The notes below the pieces were generated by a model. That model was not told the origin of the DNA, did no database searches, and saw only the letters and a list, made by a program, of their open reading frames with translations. A stretch of 64,000 bases of DNA. Source: Macrostomum lignano (taxonomy: Eukaryota). A program made the position numbers and the translations under genes. This document shows, piece after piece, positions 38,901 through 50,936 of the stretch (positions are counted from its first letter, which is position 1; every line of letters begins with the position of its first letter). The stretch is taken from the NCBI GenBank assembly GCA_002269645.1, contig NIVC01000412.1, positions 868,001 to 932,000 on the forward strand, read 5' to 3'.

Positions 38901-40632
38901 ATGAGTGGGATTTCTCATGCTGATGATTGGGATTTCTCATATTGATTGGGATTTCTCATGATGATTGGGATTTCTCATGTTGATGATTGGGATTTCTCAT
39001 GATGATTGGGATTTTTCATGCTGACGATTGGGATTTCTCATGATGATTGGGATTTCTCATGCTGATTGGGAATTCTCATGATGATTGGGATTTCTCATAT
39101 TGATGATGGTAGGGATTTCTCATATTGATGATGGTAGGGATTTCTCATTATTGATGATTGTAGGGATTTCTCATATTGATGATGGTAGGGATTTCTCATT
39201 ATTGATGATTGTAGGGATTTCTCATATTGATGATTGTAGGGATTTCTCATATTGATGATTGTAGGGATTTCTCATATTGATGATTGTAGGGATTTCTCAT
39301 ATTGATGATTGTAGGGATTTCTCATATTGATGATTGTAGGGATTTCTCATATTGATGATTGTAGGGATTTCTCATATTGATGATTGTAGGGATTTCTCAT
39401 ATTGATGATTGTAGGGATTTCTCATATTGATGATTGTAGGGATTTCTCATATTGATGATTGTAGGGATTTCTCATATTGATGATTGTAGGGATTTCTCAT
39501 ATTGATGATTGTAGGGATTTCTCATATTGATGATTGTAGGGATTTCTCATATTGATGATTGTAGGGATTTCTCATATTGATGATTGTAGGGATTTCTCAT
39601 ATTGATGATGGTAGGGATTTCTCATATTGATGATTGTAGGGATTTCTCATATTGATGATTGTAGGGATTTCTCATATTGATGATGGTAGGGATTTCTCAT
39701 ATTGATGATTGTAGGGATTTCTCATATTGATGATTGTAGGGATTTCTCATATTGATGATTGTAGGGATTTTTCATATTGATGATTGTAGGGATTTCTCAA
39801 ATTGATGATTGTAGGGATTTCTCATATTGATGATGGTAGGGATTTCTCAAATTGATGATGGTAGGGATTTCTCATATTGATGATTGTAGGGATTTCTCAT
39901 ATTGATGATTGTAGGGATTTTTCATATTGATGATTGTAGGGATTTTTCATATTGATGATTGTAGGGATTTTTCAAATTGATGATTGTAGGGATTTCTCAT
40001 ATTGATGATTGTAGGGATTTTTCATATTGATGATTGTAGGGATTTCTCATATTGATGATTGTAGGGATTTTTCATATTGATGATTGTAGGGATTTTTCAT
40101 ATTGATGATTGTAGGGATTTTTCATATTGATGATTGTAGGGATTTCTCATATTGATGATTGGGATTTTCCTAATAGAAAAAAAACAACAAAAATGAACGC
40201 GCAAACAACGCACTGCTCACTCTCCCCGCGGCACAGCTCGCAGCTCAAACCGCCGGACTCGTCTTCATCCTGCCGCGACTTTTTCTGCAACAAAACTTGC
40301 CGCTTTTGCTCCAGCTCCGCCTGCTTCAACTGGCGCTCCTTAGCCCGGCTCTTTCTCTGCTGCTCGTCCCGAAATCTGGCAACAAACGCTGCCAGCGCCA
40401 GATTCCGGGGCAGCGCCGCCACGGCGCCGTCCAAATCGGCGCCGACACCGAACGGCAGGTCGCGCCGACACTGCGGACAGCGCCGGCCAACAGCGGACAG
40501 TGTCCGGCGAAGGCATTCGCGGCAGAGGCTGTGCGAGCAGGGCAGCACAACAGGGTCTGTGTACAGGTCCAGGCACACTGGACACAGCAGCTCGTCTTCC
40601 AGATCGTCGGTGGCTGACGATGGTCGGTCCAT
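35985..40632 (-). CDS. TRIM E3 ligase (RING, B-box1, B-box2, coiled coil, divergent SPRY-like domain); exons 40632-40214, 38850-38103, 37823-37477, 36735-35985 (~754 aa)
   Basis: C3HC4 RING CPVC..CSHSLCREC..CPQC, LPRNLAL motif, CELC..CPQCEVAYCTDC..H and CPRH..CATCDVGVCTDC..H..H; C-terminal LYPVLCV. Splice phases 2/0/2 join in frame. Confidence 0.85.
36865..37420. repeat. ~20-bp G-rich minisatellite in TRIM intron 3
   Basis: (GGAGACGGAGGGGAAAGCGG)n. Confidence 0.93.
37895..38100. repeat. 21-bp minisatellite in TRIM intron 2
   Basis: (ATGACCAGTCATTCAATATGC)n abutting the donor at 38102. Confidence 0.9.
38863..40166. repeat. 25-bp minisatellite filling TRIM intron 1
   Basis: (GGGATTTCTCATATTGATGATTGTA)n. 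Confidence 0.95.
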
Positions 40633-40845
40633 CCGCTGCGAGGCCTGCTGAAGCACACACGGTGTACATGTCGGGTGTGACAGACAGGCCTTGCGCTTGT
40701 TGAGTCTCTTCTATTTTAGTCCTAATCTACGAGACCTGCCCATGCAGTGCTTCATCTAGAACTCATTCTTCATCTTACAGTACTGAGACGTCCAGCGTGA
40801 TCTTTCTCTTATATAACAGAAACCTGTCTGAGACTTCTTTACAGT

Positions 40846-41733
40846 CCATTACTCTCTCCCTCTGCCCCGGTCATTACTCTCTCCCTCTGCCCCGGTCATT
40901 ACTCTCTCCCTCTGCCCCGGTCATTACTCTCCCTCTGCCCTGGTCATTACTCTCTCCCTCTGCCCTGGTCATTACTCTCTCCCTCTGCCCCGGTCATTAC
41001 TCTCCCTCTGCCCTGGTCATTACTCTCTCCCTCTGCCCTGGTCATTACTCTCTCCCTCTGCCCCGGTCATTACTCTCCCTCTGCCCCTCTGCCCCGGTCA
41101 TTACTCTCCCTCTGCCCCTCTGCCCCGGTCATTACTCTCTCCCTCTGCCCCGGTCATTACTCTCTCCCTCTGCCCTGGTCATTACCTCTCCCTCTGCCCT
41201 GGTCATTACTCTCTCCCTCTGCCCTGGTCATTACTCTCTCCCTCTGCCCTGGTCATTACTCTCTCCCTCTGCCCCGGTCATTACTCTCTCCCTCTGCCCT
41301 GGTCATTACTCTCTCCCTCTGCCCCGGTCATTACTCTCCCTCTGCCCTGGTCATTACTCTCTCCCTCTGCCCTGGTCATTACTCTCTCCCTCTGCCCCGG
41401 TCATTACTCTCCCTCCGCCCCTCTGCCCTGGTCATTACTCTCCCTCTGCCCCTCTGCCCCGGTCATTACTCTCTCCCTCTGCCCCGGTCATTACTCTCTC
41501 CCTCTGCCCTGGTCATTACCTCTCCCTCTGCCCTGGTCATTACTCTCTCCCTCTGCCCTGGTCATTACTCTCTCCCTCTGCCCCGGTCATTACTCTCTCC
41601 CTCTGCCCTGGTCATTACTCTCTCCCTCTGCCCTGGTCATTACTCTCTCCCTCTGCCCTGGTCATTACTCTCTCCCTCTGCCCTGGTCATTACTCTCTCC
41701 CTCTGCCCCAGTCATTACTCTCTCCCTCTTCCA
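40846..41733. repeat. 25-bp minisatellite between GEMIN7 and TRIM
   Basis: (CTCTCTCCCTCTGCCCCGGTCATTA)n. Confidence 0.95.
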
Positions 41734-42133
41734 TTACTCTAATTGACTTCTGAAAAATAACAGTTTTTGACTAATTAGACTAAAATGAAAATGACGCAAT
41801 GCACAACACTATTTGTTAGAAAGAAAAAACGCACTACTGGACAGACAGTAGTGTGATAAGTACATGCTAAAGCACATATCTATGCGAGTGTAATAGTATA
41901 AGTTAAATATTCACAGATGAATTATTAGACTTATAGTAACTGGACGCACTATACGGTTTTATTAAAACAATTTCATACTGACAATTAGCCTGATAATGGC
42001 GATTGCTAAGTTGAGCAGCTTACATAGGAGATAAATATTATGGACAGTTTCTAGTTTACAATATGTTCCTCATCTATTAACTGACAAACAAGTGTGACCA
42101 AGAGGAAATAATCATATTAAGAAATAAGCATAA

Positions 42134-42442
42134 TTATTGTTTATCGCAGGTGTCTCCCAGTGTTGCCATGGAGACCAGATCCCCGGTTCGAATTAGAGCT
42201 TTGTCCACTTTGCCCAGCGGAGCGGCCAGGCCCCGGACGCACAGCGCCGTGAAGTTGATGTCCGCGGCCAGAAACTCATCGGCTTGCAGTGGCGGCCGGC
42301 GACAGCCGTGAAACCGGAGCGTCATCGGACGACCTTCGGCAGCTTCCAGAGCTCGAAGAAATCGTTTGCGCAGTTCGGCGCGCTGATCGACTGAGGCTGC
42401 CTGCTCCCCCTCAGCAGTAGCTTTTGTTGACGGCGAAGTCAT
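42134..42442 (-). CDS. GEMIN7: Gem-associated protein 7 (SMN complex), single exon, 102 aa
   Basis: QRAELRKRFLRAL..FLAADINFTALCVRGLAAPLGKVDKALIRTGDLVS matches recalled Gemin7 (LRERYLRSL..QTPIGVQAEALLRCSDIIS). Confidence 0.85.
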   Translation of the reverse strand: MTSPSTKATAEGEQAASVDQRAELRKRFLRALEAAEGRPMTLRFHGCRRPPLQADEFLAADINFTALCVRGLAAPLGKVDKALIRTGDLVSMATLGDTCDKQ

Positions 42443-42529
42443 TTGCAAGTGAACAAAATTTTACACTGGATTTAATCTTTGGTCTGCAATGGACAATCGA
42501 AATGGTTGAAGCTTTAGAAAAGACTACTA

Positions 42530-42900
42530 CAAAGAGTCAAATGACGTCAAGCTTTTATTAAGCACTAAGCTACTGTTCAGACGCATGACATCAGTTGCCA
42601 TTTTTAAGTATCATGCTTTTCTACAAAGAGTTGAACTGTATGACGTCAAGTGGCTATTTTTAGCATCAAGTTGCCAAGAATTTAACTGCATGACGTCAGT
42701 GGCTATTTTGAGCATCGCGCTAACAAGAGCTGAACTAGATGGCGTCAGTAGCTATTTTTAGCATCATTCTACCAAGAGCCGAACTGTATGACGTCGTGAC
42801 TATTTTTAGCATTCATTCTACCAAACGGCGAACTGCATGACGTCAGTTGCTATTCTTAGCATCATTCTACCAATAGACTAACTGCATGACGTCAATTGCT
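42530..42900. repeat. ~49-bp degenerate tandem repeat with TGACGTCA core
   Basis: About 8 units between the TM2D1 stop and the GEMIN7 ATG. Confidence 0.8.
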
Positions 42901-42978
42901 TTTTTTCAGCCTTACATAAATAGATGCTTGCATAATATCCCAGGACTCACTCAGTTCAGTAAGTTTTAAAAGCTATGA

Positions 42979-44128
42979 TTAGGACGTTCCACCAGTAAAC
43001 AGAGTATCGTTGCTAGCCGGTATCCGAGTGACCAACGGGCCGTAGTGCGGAGACACGTAGTGAGATTGATCAGCTGGCCTGACAATCTGCAAGCTAATTA
43101 ATATGACGTCCAACAGGTGCAAAAACCCGTAGCCGCCAAAGGTGAATAGCTTGGCCAAGCCAATAGCCGGATAGCCCAGATAGAATCTGTCCAAGCCGAG
43201 AAAGCCGGTGAAAACGGACAGCAGAACGGCCACGTGAAACTGTTTGCCGTTCGTCCAACGACAAGCGGTGGTCGATTGGAAACAGCGATTGGGGAACTGG
43301 CTGGCGCCGGATAGGGACTGCAAATGTTGAGTTTGAGAGCTTGCTTAAAATTACTCGTACCTTGAATGCATTACAGGCACAGATGAGGTCAGATGCTATT
43401 TTAGAACAGACACGCCAGCCATTAGGGATGAGGTCAGATGCTATTTTTAGAACAGACACGCCAGCCATTAGGGATGAGGTCAGATGCTATTTTTAGAACA
43501 GACACGCCAGCCATTAGGGATGAGGTCAGATGCTATTTTTAGGACAGAGACACGACAGCCAATAGGATGAGGTCAGATGCTATTTTTAGGACAGAGACAC
43601 GCCAACCAAACGGATGACGTCGGAATGCTATTTATAGAACACCAAAATATAGACAAATTCAACACTTAAAAGAATGAACAGAGAATGACGTCAGATACTA
43701 TTTTTAGGACATGTTTAAGAATCTCCAGAACACACTTTTACACTGAAAAGAAAAGCTTTCCCTACCGTCGGGCAGAGAAAGTCGCCAATGCAGGTGAGAT
43801 TATCTGCTAATTCGCACAGGACGGGAGCGAAGCCCTCCTTGCTGCAGTTCACAGCCTGCTGAGTGGCCGGATTAATGTCCGGTTCAGAGCACAAGTACTG
43901 TCCGGGACGCAGCTGGTCGCAAGACAGCCGACTCGATTTCGACGTCGACGGCCAATCAGCCGTGGCTGAAGAAGTCGGCGAAGCCGCCGACGACGAAGAA
44001 GATGCACTGGCTGAAGCCGATGGAATTGCTGTTAGCTGCAGGAGCAGAAAAAGCAACAGACAGGCAAACGCAGGCGAGTAGAGGCGAATTTGATTGAGAA
44101 TAATTTTGGCGAATGGATGATGGAGCCG
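42979..44128 (-). CDS. TM2D1: TM2 domain-containing protein 1 (BBP-like); exons 44128-43766, 43317-42979; no ATG in the genomic frame
   Basis: CDQLRPGQYLC.EP.I.PATQQAVNC, CRWTNGKQFHVAVLLSVFTGFLGLDRFYLGYPAIGLAKLFTFGG is the TM2D1 signature; phase-0 intron. Confidence 0.9.
43380..43710. repeat. ~46-bp tandem repeat in the TM2D1 intron
   Basis: (GATGAGGTCAGATGCTATTTTTAGAACAGACACGCCAGCCATTAGG)n. Confidence 0.9.
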
Positions 44129-44394
44129 CTGAAAACGAAAAAAGGCAGTTTTAGTTTGTGACTAATTAGTGAAAAATTAAAATGAACCTTTCCAGACACT
44201 GTAATAATCCGATATTTTTCAAGATTTTACATCCTTCTTCTAATCTACTAAAAGTAGACTATTGTGACTATTAAATTGAACAATGAATTAATGTTATCTA
44301 AGTAATAATTTTAATAGCAATATTTATAACTGATTATTCCCGCTCCAATGACCAGATGTGCAACGGACAGCTCAGCCGAAGCTTTTGCGCGGCG

Positions 44395-44545
44395 CCTCTG
44401 AAGACACCCTCAATTACCCCAGCTAATGCTGGCACCCATTTTACAGCTGGGTGAACTGAAGCAATGCAGAGTTAAGTGTCTTGCTTAAGGACACAACTTT
44501 TTTGAGTGGGATCGGGACTCGAACCCCGACCTTCTGGGTCTGGGG
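44395..44545 (-). mobile_element. tRNA-derived SINE with CORE-like central domain
   Basis: Minus strand: B-box GGTTCGAGTCC followed by GTGTCCTTAAGCAAGACACTTAAC..CAGCTGTAAAATGGG, resembling the CORE/Mermaid-type domain. (CT)n at 44576-44645 interrupts the head. Confidence 0.7.
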
Positions 44546-44573
44546 TTTTAATTAGTAACATTACATAATTCAT

Positions 44574-44644
<71 letters not shown>

Positions 44645-45289
44645 CATGTCCCCTGACTACCACGCTAGATAAATGAGCGTGGTAATTCTAAAAAAGTGAC
44701 TGATTTACTGGGGATAGTTTCTAAGAAACAGTTTGTGGTCGTTTCTAAGAAACTCAAATCTATATCGGTGGTCTTTTCTTACTCGTAGAAATTTATTTAT
44801 GCCATGCTGTTTTTAGAATGTGATACCTTGGACGTGTGTTTTTTATAATTTTATTTATTGCTGTCGTTAACTGATTTTTTATGACGGATTGACTATTTCT
44901 AAGAAACATACATTTTAAGGCCTTTTGCGCATCACTCGTAGTACTAAAACAAAATTAAAAAAATTAAATAAGATCGACCAGATAAACAGTAAACTTGGAC
45001 AATACGTTTTTACACTTTATTAACTCGAAGCCGGCATATGCGAAGTTTACAGAAAAAGTGCATGCAAAAGTACCAATCGAAGGTGCGAACAGTTTAGTTT
45101 CTAAAATAAGATACAGGCAAGATACCATTATCTACGCACCTTTCCAAAAAAATTGCAGGGTTAATTAAAAAGCAAAAGAAATGCGAGCGTGATTTTTACT
45201 TAAAAATTTAGCAATATTTATCAGCAACAAGGAATCCGTCAACTGTAACATTAGGATTCATATAACTAGCGAACATTGAGGGAGGGAAG

Positions 45290-45835
45290 CTGAGGGTGGG
45301 GTTGGCCAGAGCGAGTGTACATTGGGGGAAGGGGAGCTGGGTGGGGTTGGCCAGAGCGAGTGTACATTGGGGGAAGGGGAGCTGGGGTGGGGTTGGACAG
45401 AGCGAGTGTACATTGGGGGAAGGGGAGCTGGGGTGGGGTTGGCCAGAGCGAGTGTACATTGGGGGAAGGGGAGCTGGGGTGGGGTTGGACAGAGCGAGTG
45501 TACATTGGGGGAAGGGGAGCTGGGGTGGGGTTGGACAGAGCGAGTGTACATTGGGGAAGGGGAGCTGGGGTGGGGTTGGCCAGAGCGAGTGTACATTGGG
45601 GGAAGGGGAGCTGGGGTGGGGTTGGACAGAGCGAGTGTACATTGGGGGAAGGGGAGCTGGAGTGGGGTTGGCCAGAGCGGGTGTACATTGGAGGAAGGGA
45701 AGCTGGGGTGGGGTTGGCCAGAGCGGGTGTACATTGGGGGAAGGGGAGCTGGGGTGGGGTTGGACAGTGGGCGTGCATTGGGGAAGGGAAGCTGGGGTGG
45801 GGTTGGACAGAGCGAGTTTACATTGAGGGAAGTTC
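45290..45835. repeat. 46-bp G-rich minisatellite between UCKL1 and TM2D1
   Basis: (GTTGGCCAGAGCGAGTGTACATTGGGGGAAGGGGAGCTGGGGTGGG)n with four G-runs per unit. Confidence 0.95.
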
Positions 45836-46151
45836 AGTAGACGGGTGTACATTGGATGATTCAGTAAACCTAGAGCTCCAGATGTATTTTTATGGCTCAA
45901 TTTACAGACTCAAAGCGTCCAGTTCTGGTGCACAAAAATGAACAAAAATAACCTTAAATGTTACTAAAAAAAATGATTAGTGATAAGAATGCAACGGAGT
46001 CAAGTAAAAAAACTTGGCGATCAACTATACCGTTATGCTTGTACAGAATCCTTTCTACTCCAACAAAATATTCTTTAAAAAGCTAATTTTACATTTTCGA
46101 TAGTAGTAGCAGGACGCGTATGCAGTAAAATATTGCAGAATCAAGCATCGA

Positions 46152-49100
46152 TCATTCGCACACAACAGCCGTCTCGCACTCCGAACAGTCGTCAGTCTCT
46201 TCTCCAGCTCCATCGTCGCCGCTCAAACCTGACGCAGTCGAATCGGTGCCGAAATACCGATCGCCAAAGTTGCCCAGGCCCGGCTGGATTCGGCAGGCAG
46301 ACGACAGCACCGGATCCACGGCCGCTGCCACCAGACGGACACCGGGAAAAGCGTAGGCCACTGCGGCTAGGCCGGCTGCTGAGGCTAACAGGCAGCAGAA
46401 GGTGATGTTCTCTTCTTGGCAGTCGTGATCCAGTAGCACTCGGATGGCCATCATGGCCGCTGCGCCACTGGCAACTGTGGCGTCCATTAGCAGCACCTGC
46501 CAACCAATATAATATAGGTTTGTGCAGATTTACCTGCTAGCTAAGTTAGAGATGAAGGTAGAATTCTAGTGAGAAGTAGAGGTGGGGGTAGAACTCTATC
46601 TAGTGAGAAGTAGAGGTGGGGGTAGAACTCTATCTATTGAGAAGTAGAGGTGGGGTAGAACTCTATCTAGTGATTAGTAGAGGTGGGGGTAGAACTCTAT
46701 CTATTGAGAAGTAGAGGTGGGGTAGAACTCTATCTAGTGGGAAGTAGAGGCGGGGCAGAACTCTATCTATTGAGAAGTAGAGGTGGGGTAGAACTCTATC
46801 TAGTGAGAAGTAGAGGCGGGGCAGAACTCTATCTATTGAGAAGTAGAGGTGGGGTAGAACTCTATCTAGTGAGTAGTAGAGGTGGGGGTAGAACTCTATC
46901 TAGTGAGAAGTAGAGGCGGGGCAGAACTCTATCTATTGAGAAGTAGAGGTGGGGTAGAACTCTATCTAGTGAGAAGTAGAGGCGGGCAGAACTCTATCTA
47001 TTGAGAAGTAGAGGTGGGGGTAGAACTCTATCTAGTGAGAAGTGGAGGCGGGGCAGAACTCTATCTATTGAGAAGTAGAGGTGGGGTAGAACTCTATCTA
47101 GTGAGTAGTAGAGGTGGGGGTAGAACTCTATCTAGTGAGAAGTAGAGGCGGGGCAGAACTCTATCTATTGAGAAGTAGAGGTGGGGTAGAACTCTATCTA
47201 GTGAGAAGTAGAGGCGGGGCAGAACTCTATCTATTGAGAAGTAGAGGTGGGGGTAGAACTCTATCTAGTGAGAAGTGGAGGCGGGGCAGAACTCTATCTA
47301 TTGAGAAGTAGAGGTGGGGTAGAACTCTATCTAGTGAGAAGTAGAGGCGGGGCAGAACTCTATCTATTGAGAAGTAGAGGTGGGGTAGAACTCTATCTTT
47401 ATTATTATTAGAGGCAGGGGGGTTGTGTGCACCCTGGCGCACTTTAAGCGACATAGGCACACAACCGGCGAGAGGCATTACTGCCCATTCCGCCGACTCC
47501 CCTGAGCAGGCATACAAGCGCGCGGATACGTACGCAGGCACACACTCACACAGGAGTGTACAGCGGCCCTAACTTTATTTATCATTAGGCATGTACACTT
47601 CACTGCGCCTTGGGGGGTTGGCTCTCAAGGCCGTTAATTGCACGAGCAGAGCCAAGCCGAGATTCCAATTCAGTCCCAAATTAACGTGACTACACTTGGA
47701 ATCGAGCCTGGGTCGCTGGCACACCAGAGCCTGCGCTAGACCGCTGGGCTACGGCCCCCCTTAGAACTCTATCTAGTGAGAAGTAGATGTGGGGACAGGA
47801 ATCTAAAAGACTTAAACCAAACGATTTAAACTTTAATACCAGAGTATTAATATTATACGAGAACACGGCCACCCACCTGAGCCTCTGATGTGCCGGGGGG
47901 CAGGCGCAGATAGTGCAGCTCCGGCTCACCAGTGTCTCTATTAGTCTGTATGAGTATCTTCCCTAATCTGGCGTCCTTAGCAACCGCTGCCAGGGCCGGT
48001 TCCATTGTTTCGCCAGCGCGTAGAATACTGACTCCCACTAGTATGGGATCCAGACGGCGCAAGCCCCTGTGGGATTGCAGTGAGCACGTTTGTATTATTC
48101 AATTTGACTCCACTGCCTATCTGGGTCCATCTTGGCACTCTAGTTGCCACCCACGCATCCATCTTGTCACCCTAGCTACCACCCACGCATCCATATTGTC
48201 ACCCTAGCTACCACCCACGCATCCATATTGTCACCCTAGCTACCACCCACGCATCCATATTGTCACCCTAGCTACCACCCACGCATCCATATTGTCACCC
48301 TAGCTACCACCCACGCATCCATATTGTCACCCTAGCTACCACCCACGCATCCATATTGTCACCCTAGCTACCACCCAAGCATCCATATTGTCACCCTAGC
48401 TACCACCCACGCATCCATATTGTCACCCTAGCTACCACCCACGCATTTATATTGTCACCCTAGCTACCACCCACGCATCCATATTGTCACCCTAGCTACC
48501 ACCCACGCATCTATATTGTCACCCTAGCTACCACCCACGCATCCATATTGTCACCCTAGCTACCACCCAAGCATCCATATTGTCACCCTAGCTACCACCC
48601 ACGCATCCATATTGTCACCCTAGCTACCACCCACGCATCCATATTGTCACCCTAGCTACCACCCACGCATCCATATTGTCACCCTAGCTACCACCCACGC
48701 ATCTATATTGTCACCCTAGCTACCACCCACGCATCCATATTGTCACCCTAGCTACCACCCAAGCATCCATATTGTCACCCTAGCTACCACCCACGCATCC
48801 ATATTGTCACCCTAGCTACCACCCACGCATCCATCTTGTCACCCTAGCTACCACCCACGCATTTATATTGTCACCCTAGCTACCACCCACGCATCCATAT
48901 TGTCACCCTAGCTACCACCCACGCATCTATATTGTCACCCTAGCTACCACCCACGCATCCATATTGTCACCCTAGCTACCACCCAAGCATCCATATTGTC
49001 ACCCTAGCTACCACCCACGCATCCATATTGTCACCCTAGCTACCACCCACGCATCCATATTGTCACCCTAGCTACCACCCACGCATCCATATTGTCACCC

Positions 49101-50334
49101 TAGCTACCACCCACGCATCCATATTGTCACCCTAGCTACCACCCAAGCATCCATATTGTCACCCTAGCTACCACCCACGCATCCATATTGTCACCCTAGC
49201 GACCACCCACGCATCCATCTTGTCACCCTAGCTACCACCCACGCATCCATATTGTCACCCTAGCTACCACCCACGCACACATCGTGGCACTCTACATTAG
49301 CTACAACTCCCTGGCTACATGATACGATCAGGATACGATAACTTGGATACTCAATCAATGGTCGACCCTTTAAGCACTCCATCACCAAATTATCCCACGG
49401 TATAAAAACTGGACTGGATTTCAATCCCACTAACTTGTAGGCCGATCCATCTGGCAGTTGAACTTCAACCGGTGCCCAGGCCTTCTCCGGCAGCTCTGCC
49501 ATGGCGTACTCAAACAGCAGCCGCATCAATCTGTTTGAATAGAATACGAACTCATCTCTAGCCGTGTCCCTGTTGCGCAACAGGGTTAACAGATGGCGCA
49601 CCTGCTGCGTCTGAGGCAGAATGCGTACGCTGGATGGGAGGCGTTCCGGTTTCTGTGAGGACGGGTTGAGATTGGGTATGGATAGCCATATGGTAGATGG
49701 GAGTAAGGATGAGCTAGGCAAGGATGCAATTTCATTTTACCATCTACTTAGTACAATCTGTACTCTGAGTTCTGCTTCTCTAATCTCATCCCAGCGTAGT
49801 ATCTACTCTCACCCTGAACCCTCTACTCTTATCCTAACCTATCTACTCCAATTCGGATCTCTCTACTCTCATACTAAACTTATCTACTCTCACCCGATCT
49901 CTACCCTCATCATCCGGCCTGATATATCTACTCTCTACCCCCTGATATCTCTCTCTACTCTCTCCTGCCGATCTCAGCGCACTCACCTGAAAAATATCGC
50001 CATAAGCCTCAGCCAATTGAGATCGCGTACTGACACCCCGCAGCACAAGCTGATTGCGCACGTGCCTACAGATCAGATCGATAGCCACCTGATTGTGGCC
50101 ACCCCTAGGTACAATTATGTCAGCTTTGCACCTGGTCGGCGCGATAAACTCGTCAAAGCTGGGCTTCACAAATTTTTCGTAGCTCTCAAGCACGCTGGCA
50201 ACGCTGCGACCGCGCTCGCTGATGTCACGGAGTAGCCGGCGGGCCAGGCACTCGTCTTCGTCTGTGTCCACAAATACCTGCGCGGTTTAATAAATGACTC
50301 AATAATAGCTGAGGTTGACGGGCTCAGGGTGGGT

Positions 50335-50380
<46 letters not shown>

Positions 50381-50477
50381 GAGACAGACAGGCAGAGAGA
50401 CAGATAGACAGACAGACAGACAGACATACACTAAGACAGGCAGACAGGCAGACAGACAGACAGACAGACAGACACTA

Positions 50478-50530
<53 letters not shown>

Positions 50531-50649
50531 CTAAGACAGACAGACAGACAGACAGAGAGACAGACAGGCAGAGAGACAGATAGACAGACAGACACTAAGA
50601 CAGACACACAGACAGACTGACAGACAGACAGACAGACAGACAGACACTA

Positions 50650-50682
<33 letters not shown>

Positions 50683-50685
50683 CTA

Positions 50686-50722
<37 letters not shown>

Positions 50723-50769
50723 TACACTAAGACAGGCAGACAGGCAGACAGACAGACAGACAGACACTA

Positions 50770-50802
<33 letters not shown>

Positions 50803-50805
50803 CTA

Positions 50806-50838
<33 letters not shown>

Positions 50839-50881
50839 CTAAGACAGACAGACAAGACAGACAGACAGACAGACAGACAGA

Positions 50882-50936
<55 letters not shown>

